Positions 41,851 through 54,759 of a stretch of 64,000 bases of DNA are shown here, one piece after another. The stretch is from Octopus vulgaris (lineage: Eukaryota). The translations under genes and the position numbers were made by a program. The stretch covers positions 32,116,001 to 32,180,000 of the forward strand of contig OX597831.1 in assembly GCA_951406725.2 (NCBI GenBank), read 5' to 3'. How positions within the stretch are numbered: position 1 is the stretch's first letter; the number at the start of each line of letters is the position of its first letter. The notes beneath the pieces were generated by a model. The model worked only from the letters and a program-made list of their open reading frames with translations, ran no database searches and was not told the DNA's origin.

Positions 41851-42185
41851 GCCAGCCTCGTCTGGCACCTGTGTCGGTGGCACATAAAAAACACCATTCG
41901 AGCGTGGCCGTCTGCCAGCCTCGTCTGGCACCTGTGTCGGTGGCACATAAAAAACACCATCCGAGCGTGGCCGTCTGCCAGCCTCGTCTGGCACCTGTGT
42001 CGGTGGCACATAAAATCACCCACTACACTCTCGGAGTGGTTGGCGTTAGGAAGGGCATCCAGCTGTAGAAACACTGCCAGATCTGACTGGCCTGGTGTAG
42101 CCTTCTGGCTTGCCAGACCCCAGTTGAACCGTCCAACCCATGCTAGCATGGAAAGCGGACGTTAAACGATGATGATGATGATGAT
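41849..42185 (+). mobile_element. SINE 3' part with ~63-bp internal tandem repeat (x~2.7) and (GAT)n tail
   Basis: Unit CTGCCAGCCTCGTCTGGCACCTGTGTCGGTGGCACATAAAAAACACCAT.CGAGCGTGGCCGT; tail CATGCTAGCATGGAAAGCGGACGTTAAACGATGATG. Relatives at 40270-40640, 56550-56755, 61455-61800, 21735-21875, 35225-35365 and 45460-45610. Confidence 0.8.
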
Positions 42186-42781
42186 GATAATAATGATAAT
42201 AATAATCCTTTCTATTAAAGGCACAAGACCTGAAATTTGGGGAAGGAGATAGTCAACTACATCGACCCCAGGGTTTCACTGGTACTTAATTTATTGACGC
42301 CCGAAAGGATGAAAGGTAAAGTCAACCTCAGTGGAATTTGAACTCAGAATGTAGCAACAGACGAAATACTGCTAAGCATTTCGCCCAATGTGTTAACGAT
42401 TCTGCCAGCTCACTGCCTAATAATAATAATAATAATAAATAATTCTTTCTACTAGGCGCAAGGCCTGGAATTTTGTGGGCAGAGACAATTACATCAATCC
42501 AGTGCTTGACTGGTGCTTATTTTATCCACCCAAAAAGGATTATGTCTCACATGCTAACAATTTTAATATTAATAACAGTTCCCAATTTTGGCAGAGGGCT
42601 AGCAGTTTTCAAAAGCACGGGGAATGCAACTATATTGACCCTAGTACTTGACTGGAAGTTATTTCATTGACCCCCGCCAAAAGGATGAAAGACAAAATTT
42701 GAGCAACAAACATAAAAATAAATGGACAAAATACTGCTAAGCTTATGTCCAGTGTGTTAACAGTTCCACCAGTCCATCACC

Positions 42782-42818
<37 letters not shown>

Positions 42819-43947
42819 TTCAAAATTTTGGCACAAGCCATCAATTTTGGTGGGATGGGATTACTCCATACCATTGATCTCGGTGCTTAGCTGGGACTTT
42901 ATTTTATCAACCCCAAAAGGATTTAAACTCAACATAAAGATCCACATGTAATACGACCAGGCATTTCTCTGATGCTCTGATAGTTCTGCCAAGACAGATA
43001 AATACAAAGGGTGACACTTGGAGGGAGAAGGTAAGAGTCGATAAAATCAATCCCACAATATTTAACTGGTATTTATTTCATTGACCCAGGAAGGATGGCA
43101 GATAAAGCCAAACCTGACAGAATTTGAACATCAAAACAATGAAGCAGAACATCCTAAGGCATTGAATTAGGAGCTCAGAAGATTTTTCTCAGGTGATTTG
43201 TCTCAGGTGAGTTGCACCTGATATGGAAGACTAGGGGAGGGAAGGATAAATATGCCCAGATGATAATGGAAGAAAGTGAGGAAGAAAAACACATATATAT
43301 TCCTCACCTGCAGACTTGCCCCCTTTCAATACCTCCCTCACTCCCCCACCATCAATGTGCAACAAAGATAATGTGAAGGACAGCAGAATGTTAGTTTATA
43401 AATGAGTGTGACAGGAGAATGACTGAAGCTCAAGATAGTCTGGGCCACAGTTAAATGAAAGGAAAATGAGGAAGAGGGGGAGGAAAGCTTAAATGACAAT
43501 GCAAATGACGATGAAAATGACAATGATGACGACAAGGATCAAAAAAGCTTAAGGTTTAGCCAAAAGTGTGAGTGGCGAAAAGATGTGACGTGAAAAACAG
43601 AAAGCTTCGTATTACAATGGAATTTGCAACGAGGAGAACATGAAGAATGGCAGAATGTTAGGTTTTTATAAATATTGAATGTAAATTGAGAACGACAGAA
43701 GCTGGAGAGTTAAGCCAGGTTGTGGTTATGTGAAAGGACAAAAAAAAAAAAACAAAAAAAAAACAATGATGACGAAGAGGACGACAAGGAGGAGGAGGAG
43801 GAAGAGGAATTTTTATATGATGGTACAACAACTACAACAACGATGGTGAACAAGAACAAAGCTGAGGTTTAGCCGATAAGAAAAGTGAAAAGGAGGAGTG
43901 ACAACAGCAACAGAAAGCTATCTCCACAATGGAATCATAGTTCCTAC

Positions 43948-44385
43948 CCTGACTGACATCTCTAGTCTTGAAGAAGAAGAAGAAGCTGGTGTTCGAGCAC
44001 TCTTTGCTGTTGCCCGTTCCACTTGTCCGGCAGAGCAACGGTATTCGTCACGAGACAAGCTCGCTACACAGACTGAGCCAAGAGTAGAAGAAGAAGAACG
44101 AGAAGAATAAGAAGAATAAGAAGAAGAAGCAGAAGATGATGATGATGAAGGCGGTGGTTGCACTTTGACATTAGCAGAAGTATTCGGAAGTTGACGAGAT
44201 GACCCGGAGGATTTAGCGCCACCCCGAACAGGATTTCCTGCAGAAACAGAACGCTTCACCATCTTTGGTTGGGTGGATTGGGCAGGATTCATCGGATTGC
44301 TAGTTACCTTCTGCAGGCTTCCAAGACGTTTCTCACACATTCCTTTCACTTCTTCTTTCCGTTTAAGCAGATCTTGTACAATTCC
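43948..44385 (-). CDS. MCF2L: DBS-like exon G (end of spectrin region plus Ser-rich linker)
   Basis: Acceptor tctcttcag|GGA. Encodes GIVQDLLKRKEEVKGMCEKRLGSLQKVTSNPMNPAQSTQP..., compare DBS RRQASLKKLAARQTRPVQPV. The best donor is AGG|gtagga (438 nt, phase 0); the 3' boundary is less certain than the 5'. Confidence 0.85.
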
Positions 44386-44527
44386 CTGAAGAGAGAAAGA
44401 ATGAAAGACAAAAAAAAAAAAGAAAAGAAAATAAGTTTCATTCAAATGGAAGAGATTCAAACACCAGAATCCCAAATTATATTTATTTATCTGTCTCTCT
44501 ATCTATATACACATACATACATTTATA

Positions 44528-45432
44528 TTGGGTCATCCCATAAATAATGCAGTTTTTCAATTGCAGTAACTAAAAGTTGGAGTGGGATGGGATAAACTGC
44601 ATGCATCAACTTGCTATAAAAGCAGGTAGTAATTTTACCTTACCCTTATTCTTAGTGCAAGTTTTGAAGAGTGTAGTTCAATTTTAACAGTTATTTTTTG
44701 AAAGCTATAATAGAAGTGACAAAGGAGCATATTCGGCATATTTTGCTTTATGAGTTCAATAAATGCAACAATGCAATGGAGGGTGCAAGGAATATTAATG
44801 CAGTATATAAGGGATCGGACAATAAGTGTAAGCCAGTGTCAACAGTGGTTCCAGAAATTCTGAGCCGGAAATTATAGTCTAGAAGACAAGCCTCATCCTG
44901 GAAGATCTGTAGAGCTTGATGAAGACATCCTGCAAATCCTTGTGGAACAAAATCACATCATAACTGTTGAAGAACTAGCAGAGAAGCTTGGATTTGGTCA
45001 TTCAACCAGCCATTCAAGTCAGTGCTAGAAGAAAAATGACCATCTTTGGTTTCGAAACGAAAGGTGTTCTTCCATCATCAGCGAGAATGACATTCTAAAA
45101 GCTGGAGCAGTTTCAATGAGAAACGATGCCCCACTCACCAAATTTGCTTTGCATTGCCCCATCTAATTATCATTTATTCCGCAGTCTTGAAAATCATTTG
45201 GATGGAAGAAAAATGAATCCTGTAGACGAAGTCAGAACAGTACTGGAGGAATATTTTTCATTACGGACAAGTGAATTTTGGAAGAGGGGCATTGCAAGTC
45301 TTCCAGATAGATAGAAGAGCCTTGTAGAAAATGAAGGAGAGTATATTTTAGATTAAAAAAGAATTTTGTTTATCTTAATTTAAAAAAATAAATGAAGTAT
45401 AAAAAAACTGCATAATTTATGGGATGACCCAA
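44528..45432 (+). mobile_element. Internally deleted, decayed mariner transposon
   Basis: TA-flanked TIRs TTGGGTCATCCCATAAATAATGCAGTTTTT and AAAAACTGCATAATTTATGGGATGACCCAA. Transposase remnants KEHIRHILLYEF..ARNINAVY, SLEDKPHPGRS and APSNYHLFRSL..FWKRGIASLPDR. Confidence 0.92.
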
Positions 45433-47853
45433 TACATACACACAAGCATATATCATCATTATCATCAACATCATCATCGTTTAACGTCTGTTTTTCATGC
45501 TAGCATGGTTTGTACGGTTTGACTGGGGTTTGGGAAGCCAGGAGGCTGCACCAGGCTCCAGTCCAATCTGGCAGTGTTTCTACAGCTGGATGTCCTTCCT
45601 AATGCCAACCAGGGTGAAGACACCTTTTGATCACGAATGACCATGGGATTGCACCTGGAAAGATCTCCTCAGAGACACAAGTCTGGGCAAGCTTGTTTGT
45701 GGAAGACCTGCAGTCATCCATGTATGCCAGTCTCCCTTCACCGTGCCACTGATGTTATCCAAGGCAAAGGCTGATACAGCTTGGCACCAGTGATGTTGCA
45801 ACTCATTTCTACAGCTGAGTGAACTGGAGCAATGTGAAATAAAGTGTCTTGCTCAAGAACACAACACATAGCCCAGTCCAGGAATCAAACTCACAATCTC
45901 ATGATTGTGAGTATGACACTCTAACCATTGAGTCATGTACCTTCACATTATATATATGGTGGCTGCCCCCTCGTTATCAAGTATGGCCATTGCACGAAGC
46001 TTAATCAATGTTGTTATCGTGCAATGCCTGTGCAAGAAGATATTTTTTTAAGTGCGGAAAGGCTGTGCACTGAGTCAATCCCACTCACTAAGCAACAGCA
46101 GCCATAATCCGAAAAGAAGAACATGTCAACATTATCGGTAACCACTGAGCCGCAGGTTTTATGTCGGAGTTATCCCAGTTACCTGAGTTGCCTTCTCCAA
46201 GAAGGATGCCCTGACAAAAGCTAGGAGTCCTTCACTCCCAATGGTTTAACTGCGCGATTGGGTATTCAGTCCGATTATTTCTATGTCCCCGCGCATGATA
46301 TAGCCTTAAGACATTTATTGGATGGCCGTTGACTCTCAAGAGCTCCTCCGCCCTTTGACGGGTTTTGTTTTTCATCCCGCAGGGTGACCAATAAACACTA
46401 CACACACAGTCACTCATTTTCACTACATACACACATGTATGTAGGTAAAGGTGTGGCTGTAAGGTTAAGAAGCTTGCTTCCCAACCATATGTTCTCAGGT
46501 TCAGTCCCATGGTGTGGCATTTTGGGCAAATATCTTCTACTATAACCCCAGGCCAACTAAACCGTTGTAATGAATGGATTTGGTACATGGAAACTGAAAG
46601 AAATGCATGTGTCGGTGTGTGTGTGTGTACCTTTGTCATGAGATCATGTAATGGTTGTAAACAAGTGGCACTGTTCATTTCCAGTTGCCCATGAAAGAGA
46701 AAAAAAAATCTGATCCAATCATAGGGAAATATTAACCTTACTTGGAAACAGGTGAGGTTGATGACAGGAAGAGCTTCCAGTCATAGAAAATTTGCCTCAA
46801 CAAATTCTGTGTCTGACCCATGCAAGCATGAAGAAGTGGACATTGAAAAATTGGTGATGTATCTAAACCAGTCTGTCTATTTGTTTCCGTAGCTTTTAGC
46901 TTTGACTTGTTCCACTCATTAGACTATGGTCATGCTGGAGCACTGCCTTAAAGAATTTAACTTGAATGAATCGACTGCAGCATTTATATTTTTGAGCTTA
47001 ATATTTATTTAATTGGTCTCTTTTGCCAAACTGCTAAGTTACGGGGATATAAACATACAACACCAGTTGTCAAGCAGTGATGGGAAACAAACACAGGTAC
47101 AAAGACACAGAGAGACATGAAGGGCTTCTTTCAGTTTCTATCTACTAAATCCACTCCCAAGGCTTTGCTCAACCTGAGCCTATAACAGAAGATACTTGCC
47201 CAAGGTGCCACTCAGTGGGATTGAACCCAGAACCATGTGACTAGGAAGCAAACTTCTTACCATACAGCCATACCCACACCTATACCACACAAACATGCGT
47301 ATCAAAATCTTAAGATCATAATCAATGTTCTTATCATATATTTAAGAAGTATATTTTCATTTTTACTATGAAAATAGATTTCACAGAAGTTAAACATAAA
47401 ATTCTCAGAAAATAGAAAGCCAGAAAGAAGCCACTTTTCTTAAAATCCATTCTCTGGATTTCCTTATTCAACCCTGGCTGATAAATGATTCCAACATCAG
47501 TCATGGTTTTTATTCTATAAGTACCACATTGGGTGTTCTGAGCATACACACAAAACTAAAGGATTTTGAAGAATGGTATTTGCTGCCTTGCTGCTATGTC
47601 CTTACAAGAGATGTTATTATAAGGCAGGCCCTGGAATATTTCCATAAGGAAAGCTCTTCACATGATGCACTTTGTTAGTGAAGTAATAGAGTAGAGACTA
47701 AAATGATTCAGCCATGCAATAGGATGGTCACTCAATTGTCACTCAGTAGTGCCAGTAGTCTGCTAAAACTTCCCTAAACACTTGATCTTCAGTTTAATGT
47801 TAAATTCTTTTTATTTATAACTGAACATAAAAACTCTGTGTGTGTGTGTGTGT

Positions 47854-47901
<48 letters not shown>

Positions 47902-48072
47902 TGTATTTCTTCTATATATAGAAGGGTCACTCAATATAGTTAAAACATTTATTTTTACATGGAAAATGTTGTCAGTGATTTTGAATTTTCAACATTTTTT
48001 TATAGGCTTTGCTAAATTTTCTGACAACACTTATGACAGGTAAAACTTCAAAATCACCATCAACCTTTCCCT

Positions 48073-48119
<47 letters not shown>

Positions 48120-48197
48120 ATAATACAGTGTTACTGTAGCCATCTTATACAAAGTTGTCTGTAGACATTTTTATAAATAAATGGAAGAATATCTTAC

Positions 48198-48389
48198 TTT
48201 CATATCTGAATTCATTATACCCTCAAAGAGTGTCCGGAACTCTTTTGGATTACTTAAGTTGAGATTCTGGGCCGAGTGTAAAAACTCCCTGATCTCGTAA
48301 GCAGCTTTCTCTGCTCCTCCTTGAGTATGAAATTTTTCAATTTGTTGATCAGCTAATAAGTCGAGACCTCGGTTACACCACTTATTGGC
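48198..48389 (-). CDS. MCF2L: DBS-like exon F (absent from the ORF track)
   Basis: Splice sites aatttcag|GCC and AAA|gtaaga; 192 nt, phase 0-0. Manual translation gives ANKWCNRGLDLLADQQIEKFHTQGGAEKAAYEIREFLHSAQNLNLSNPKEFRTLFEGIMNSDMK, compare DBS WCDEGIYLLASQPVDKCQSQDGAEAALQEIEKFL. Confidence 0.93.
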
Positions 48390-49857
48390 CTGAAATTAAA
48401 CAACAAATCACAAATGACCACATTATTTATCATCATATATCACTATAATTTTTAATATAATTCTTCTTTATTTATATTTGGTTTTACATTATTAGAGCAA
48501 ATAATTTGTTTGCTTAAGTTATAAAACATGAGCCATGAACTCTTGTTGAGTTCATTAGTTCAGGATACCTTTGCCTGTGGAGACACAAAGATGTCAAAAA
48601 AACAAGGTGTGTGAAAGTCCCTTTACATTGAGAAATTGAATGTGCTATGAACACACACCGTTTATAAAGAAAGTGTTTTAACTGCAGCAGTAGTTAACAT
48701 ATTCATGTCTGAATCTGCCGAAATGTACTAAGAATGAATAAGCAAGTCATTACTGTATTATTAGAACAGTTGGTCATTTTTACTTGTAGGGTGTGGCAGA
48801 AAGAGCTGTGTCCATGGTATTTGCAGTCTTTCCAAGATTGGCAAGAGTGATGTCATTAAAGTCTCTCTTTAATCTTTGTAGGTCAATACTTGCAGAAAAA
48901 GAGAAGGAATTCCAGAAAGAAGATGTTTCAGGAAGGAAGGAATTGGTGTTGTGGTTAGTGTAGGACATGGAGGGATTGGACATCATAAAGATGATCACAG
49001 AACAGATAAATGTGTGCTCTTCAGATCTGTATCTTTAGATATGTCTTACCTCTGTCTAGTTGAGAAAATTATGTTGAATGTCAGAGTGTAGTTTTGTAAG
49101 ATACTTTTAGTCCTGTTGAGGGTTAATCAACTTCTTTAGTATTGGTACCATGAGAAAATATGTTAAGTACACTTAAGTGGTTGGTGATAGCAAGGATATC
49201 CATCTAGCCAGAGAAATCAAGCCAAATGACACATATGAGTACCAACCTATGGGAGCCATGGCTCCTAATAAAAAAATGACTCAGATTAGATCCATTCACC
49301 TCATGGCAGCACGGAGAGCAAACTAGATAATGAGGATAACTAAAAAGCTTGATTTTAATTAAAATTTCTAAGCTCTCCACCTCAGGTATCTTAGGGATTA
49401 CTTCTCTAAATTAACCAATTTGGTACCTAGTCAGGTGAAATTGTCCTTGGATCTTTGATAACTTCCTGTTTTAAAGTCATCTAAAAGTAAAAACTTTGAT
49501 CAAAATATTCATTTATTCTCCAAACACCAGCTCAATAATAACAAATTTATTTTTATAAATTCTCCGTTATTTTTAAACTTAACTGAAACAAAGGTAGTGT
49601 TTTTCTACAGAAATACAGCAAAAGGAGAGTTAAAAAGATCTAAATTTCATGCTAATTTTCACGATAATTTTTATTCCAAACACTAGCTTTTATAATGACA
49701 AAATTATTTTATTAAATTCATTATTTTCAAAATTAATTCCAACAAGAAATATGGTAATAAAAGGGTTCAGATTGATTTTGAATTCCAGACTATTCAATAT
49801 GCATTTGGTTTTTGAAGTCAAAGACTGCAAGTTGAAGTGGGATGATGGCACTATGGC

Positions 49858-50086
49858 TTAACCCTTTAGTGTTCAGATTACTCGGTTAAATGTAATACTT
49901 TTTCACTCAAATTGTTTTGAATTAATCATGCATTATCTTATAGCTTTGAGGTTTCAATGATGTGATTGCTTATTTTTAGACTGTCAATGCAGGTTAGGTG
50001 TGAGAGGCTAGATATGGCCAGTTTGAATATAAAATATGTAGAATATATTGGACCGGATTTGGCCAGTTTAAACACTAATGGGTTAA
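49858..50086 (-). mobile_element. piggyBac-like MITE family 2, ~50 nt downstream of the exon E donor
   Basis: TTAACCCTTTAG...ATGGGTTAA, homologous to the flanks of 37076-37704. Confidence 0.7.
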
Positions 50087-50138
50087 TGGCAGTGTTGATA
50101 GGATTATGGCCAAAGAGCAAAAGTGCAAGGATACTTAC

Positions 50139-50330
50139 ACGCTCAATTCTATCGTGTAGATCACGAGCCTTATATAGTATGTCTCTCCTCTGTTTTAACA
50201 TTCGCTTATATCGATCTCGGATACGTTGAAGCTCAATGTATTTTGGTTGGATGCTGTCTATTGCATAGTGGTCGTCCCTAATAAGCTGTTCCCCGGTGCG
50301 GCATAACCGATCTGTTGTCTCAAAGTTTTT
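50139..50330 (-). CDS. MCF2L: DBS-like exon E (spectrin repeat)
   Basis: Splice sites cttccag|AAA and CGT|gtaagt; 192 nt, phase 0-0. Encodes KNFETTDRLCRTGEQLIRDDHYAIDSIQPKYIELQR..., compare DBS GEQLI..HYAVDSIRPKC.EL. Confidence 0.93.
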
Positions 50331-50726
50331 CTGGAAGAAGCAATAAAAGAATAAATACATAATTATGCACACCCATACATAGACATACCAATACACACAC
50401 ACACACCCATATACATACACACACACATACACACACATACACATATATATACACATGTGTTAATAAATAACTTTTAACATTTCATTTATTGTCAATGGAG
50501 TTTGGTCAGAAATACGTTCTGTTAGAAATTTAAATTAAAGTTGTTGTTGTTGTTGCTGTTGTGTGTGTGAGTATATATACTCACACACAGAAAATGAGAA
50601 GCTATTCATCATTTATATATATATTCATTTGTAAAATGAATAAATAATCCAACCATTATAATATCCGTAAGTTGATGAACAAACCAAATTTGTTTCTCCG
50701 TTTTCTTATTTGTATTATATACATAC

Positions 50727-50760
<34 letters not shown>

Positions 50761-51076
50761 GGAGAGAGAGAGAGATTACTGCTTATTAGCTGAAGATGAA
50801 TGACAAACACTCTCCTCAGATACAAAGAGAGAAATGTAGTCACATAAAGAGAGAGAGAATGAGACAAAAAACATTAAATCAGCCATGCCAAATAGGCAGT
50901 GCCAAAACAGCTATGCCAAAATGTCTCAAACCCTTGGAGAAGAATAAAAAATATCAACTGAAAACACTGTAAACACCCAAAATGCCCAGGGCTGCACTTG
51001 GAAGGGTAGTAAGAGCATAAAAATAGAAATATGGGAACAAAAAACAAAAAGAAAGAAAAAAGATATAATCATCTAC

Positions 51077-51199
51077 CTTTGCTTTTTTCTCAAATTCTTC
51101 AAAATCTCCAAAAAGTCCGTCCAGCTGCAGAGAGGATTCTCCTATGTTTGACATAGAAGATTCTAAAAACTCTAGGTTACGTTCCGAAGCATATTGGAT
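51077..51199 (-). CDS. MCF2L: DBS-like exon D (spectrin repeat)
   Basis: Splice sites ttattccag|ATC and AAG|gtagat; 123 nt, phase 0-0. Encodes IQYASERNLEFLESSMSNIGESSLQLDGLFGDFEEFEKKAK. Confidence 0.9.
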
Positions 51200-51347
51200 C
51201 TGGAATAAAAGAGAAATTTGTGGACTTAAGAAAATGTTAGAGATATAGTTATACAGAAATATTTATGTTTATGTATAAACATGCCCCAGAATGGCCACAG
51301 CCCCCTGCAACTAATAGAAGAATATACCAATTATTCAATACATAGTG

Positions 51348-51735
51348 CAGGAGTAGCTGTGTGGTAAGTAGCTTGCTTACCAACCACATGATCTTGGGTT
51401 CAGTCCCACTGCATGGCACCTTGGGCAAGTGTCTTCTACTATAGCCTCGGGCCAACCAAAGCCTTGTGAGTGGATTTGGTAGATGGAAACTGGAAAAAGC
51501 CCATCGTATATGTGTGTGTATATATATATATGTTTGTATGTCTGTGTTTGTCTCCCCAACATTGCTTGACAACCGATGCTGGTGTGTTTACATCCCCGTA
51601 ACTTAGTGGTTCGGTAAAAGAGACCGATAGAATAAGTACTAAGCTGACAAAGAATAAGTCCTGGGGTCGATTTGCTCGACTAAAGGCGGTGCTCCAGCAT
51701 GGCTGAAGTCAAATGACTGAAACAAGTAAAAGAAT
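51348..51735 (+). mobile_element. CORE-like SINE with internal microsatellite (most abundant family here)
   Basis: GTTCAGTCCCACTGC.TGGCACCTTGGGCAAGTGTCTT...GGATTTGGTAGA.GGAAACTG. Plus-strand copies near 3594, 8225, 14188, 16522, 17305, 20005, 34045 and 46450. Minus-strand copies near 8875, 13540, 36140, 38360, 46900, 53110 and 63295. Confidence 0.85.
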
Positions 51736-54450
51736 AAAAGAATATATTTAATGATATCCAATAAGAAACAAGTGTGTGTGTGTGTGTGTGCTGAATAACT
51801 ATATTTATTTGTAAGCATATTTAGCTGCAAACGTGTTCGTATGTGAATTTATATTTACACATAAACATGTTCATTCATAAATATACCTAATTATAAAGAA
51901 GCACTCACACACATGCAAGAAGCTTTGGACATGGATGTAGAATCAAAAAACGCCATTTACAATGAGAAGAACAAGGAGATGGCAATCAACTGTGAAGATG
52001 GATCAATCACTGAACATGTGCGCGTGTGTGTGTGTGTGTATGTGTGTGCGTGTGTATGTGTGTAATATACAAATAGTAATATATGTTAATTTATTAAAAT
52101 ATATCTCAAAATGAACAAGTTTATAAATATAAGATGAATTTATTTTCAAATGTATTTATTTCTCTGAAATCACCATCAAAACTGCCAATGACAATGGCTA
52201 AAATATGAGAAGTCATTAAAAAAAAAAATAATGACAACATCTTCGATAACACACAGGCACACACATAAAGAACATCGGTGCTTTATTATTAAACAGTTTG
52301 TACAAGAATATTTGTCTCAGTTCTCGACCAATCATCATTTATTCATAACTGCAAATGGACAGTGTCTGACAAGTTAATACCAAGTGATCTCCCTTGAATA
52401 CCAAATCAAAAGCAAGTTAAATGAAGCAAAACCACCGCCGCCGTCGCCATCATCACTATCGCCACCATGTGACAAGCAGCCATCTTGCCTTCCACTACTG
52501 TTGTTTAAAAGCAATCAATATTTATATTTGCGGACAGAGAAAATGTCGGCCATAGCAGCATGCCTAACAAGCTTTACTGTAAACCTGTTCACTAATTCAT
52601 CGTTGGAATAAGCTGGAATTGGAAAAATATCATGGGGCTGATGGTAAATTTGATATTTAGTGCCAGATGCATTTTTTGGAAAAAAAAAAAAAAAAAAAAA
52701 TTTTTACCAGTAGTGATATATAAGCTAATGAAGGAGCTCCCTATGTGGTCAGTTAATTGATCTAGAAATGACAGCTAAATCTCCCTCAACTGACATTCTA
52801 CTGTATGAAGTAAAAATTTAAAAAAATTATAGACACATTTGATAATGTAGTCTTAGATATGCTATGTCTGAATAAAAGATAGAATGAACACTGATGGAAT
52901 TTCCTTTGATCGTAGATGGATGTGCCAGATTTTGGCTAATTCAACAGCAACAGCAATAATCTGTGATGCAAGTCTAGGAGAGATTGTCAATGCAGTTAGT
53001 TACTAAAGCTGAACAGGCTGAAACCTAAGGCTACATCTAGGGGCTGTCAGAGACCTTTTAAAAGGGGCCTCGCTACTGGGACATCCTACAGATTCTCTTA
53101 TATTTCATCTTTTAACTGGTTTCCCTCATTAGACTGTGGCCATGCTGGAGCACTGCCCTAAAGGGTTTTAATAAATGAATTGAACTCAGTAGTTACTTTT
53201 TTTAAAGTCTGGGACTTATTCTATCATTCTCCTTTTGCTGAACTGCCAAGTTACAGGGGATGTAAATACAACAACAATAGTTGTCAAGCAGTGGTCAGAG
53301 ACAAACACAAAGCTACATACATACGTACATACATATGCACATACATACGTACGTATGTACATACATACATATATATATATAATGGGTTTCTTTCAGTTTC
53401 TGTTGACCAAATCCATTCTCAAGGCTTTGGTCAGCCTGAGGTTATTGTAGAAGACACTTGTCCAAGGTGCCATGCAGTGGGACTGCACCCAGAACCTTGT
53501 GGTTGGGAAGCAAACTTCAGAGTTATGGTGGCACCACTTTATCTAAATATGGTAGTGGTTACTTGAAGTAGCAGCTAAATCTCCCTCAACCCACTGCTGT
53601 TTTATAAAATGAAGGACATGTCATAACTAGTTCATGTGAAAACTAGCAGACTGAATGTGGTATGGAGAAAATGAATTGATAAAACATAAAATATGGATTA
53701 TTATTATTATTTTCCCCCACCCATAAGTAGCAGCATCGTTAGTTACATCATGTGGTGTTTGTTCTAGGTATTCACATTCTGAGTTCAAATCCTGCTCGGT
53801 TGTCTTCACTAATCATCTTTCCAGGGCTGGTGAAATACTGTGGGCAACATAGTCCTGTGTTTCCCTTATCCAAAATCTGTGGCCTTCTGCCTTATTTAGA
53901 AACATCTTTATATTTCTGCTTTTCACAACATGGGTTTAAGTGTTATGCTTTTAAAGACTTTGACTATGGAAGGACATCGAGAACATAATTGAAATCTTTA
54001 ACAATGAAACATAGCTGAGGGTTTCTCTATCTGTAGCCTTAACTATGGAAGGACATCAAAGGCATAAGTGAAATTTTTAGTAAAATGAAACAACTTCAAA
54101 GGTTTCCTTGACTTTAACTATGGAACGTTAAGACATAATTGAAATGTCGATCCCTTCAAAATTTTTTTACTCTTAACTGTGGAAAGCAGTTTTATATACA
54201 AATCTATCTTTTGTTGAGGAATGCCATGTTGGAATCTTTGCTATGTTGAGGTATGTCAAGTTTAATGAGGGAATGTGACTTGCAGAAAAATGCCAATTCT
54301 ATTTTTTTGGTAGAAATTTAGCATCATTACTGGAATGACCATGAAATTTAATTTTGTAGTGAAATATTTAAAATACTAAAACAATGGAAATTTATAAAAT
54401 TATGAACCAAAACAAGAAAAAGTTTATAACAAATGGAATTTCTATGGATG

Positions 54451-54481
<31 letters not shown>

Positions 54482-54644
54482 AGCAATAAACACACATAAA
54501 CAGTAATAAATATACACACAAGCAATAACACTCAGATAGATGCAAGTATATATACACGTAGAAGCACCAACACATACAAGCACCAACACACACACACACA
54601 CACACAAATATTTATAATAAGAATAAAAAAAAAAAAAAACTTAC

Positions 54645-54759
54645 AAGTTTAAATTCCTCCTCAAATTGCCGTAATTGTAAACACTGACGAAGTTTATTCT
54701 CATGTCGTCCCCAGAACATTTCAAACTGGAGTTTATTCTGTTCTAGTTTAGTTAGTAAC
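54645..54759 (-). CDS. MCF2L: DBS-like exon C
   Basis: Splice sites ttttactag|G and CTT|gtaagt; 115 nt, phase 2-0. Encodes (R)LLTKLEQNKLQFEMFWGRHENKLRQCLQLRQFEEEFKL, matching DBS FWAKHQQKLEQCLQLRHFEQ. Confidence 0.94.

Noticed and set aside
41721-42165. Repetitive ORFs and a CRISPR-like look
   Set aside because: These are contiguous 63-bp tandem units inside a SINE, with no unique spacers, no cas genes and a eukaryotic context.
48780-48998. 72-aa ORF between exons E and F
   Set aside because: It resembles a decayed LINE 3' end (NSFLPETSSFWNS) and is not needed, because E joins F in frame.
48198-50330. Exons E and F are both 192 nt (possible duplicated mutually exclusive exons)
   Set aside because: The peptides are dissimilar and match consecutive parts of DBS.
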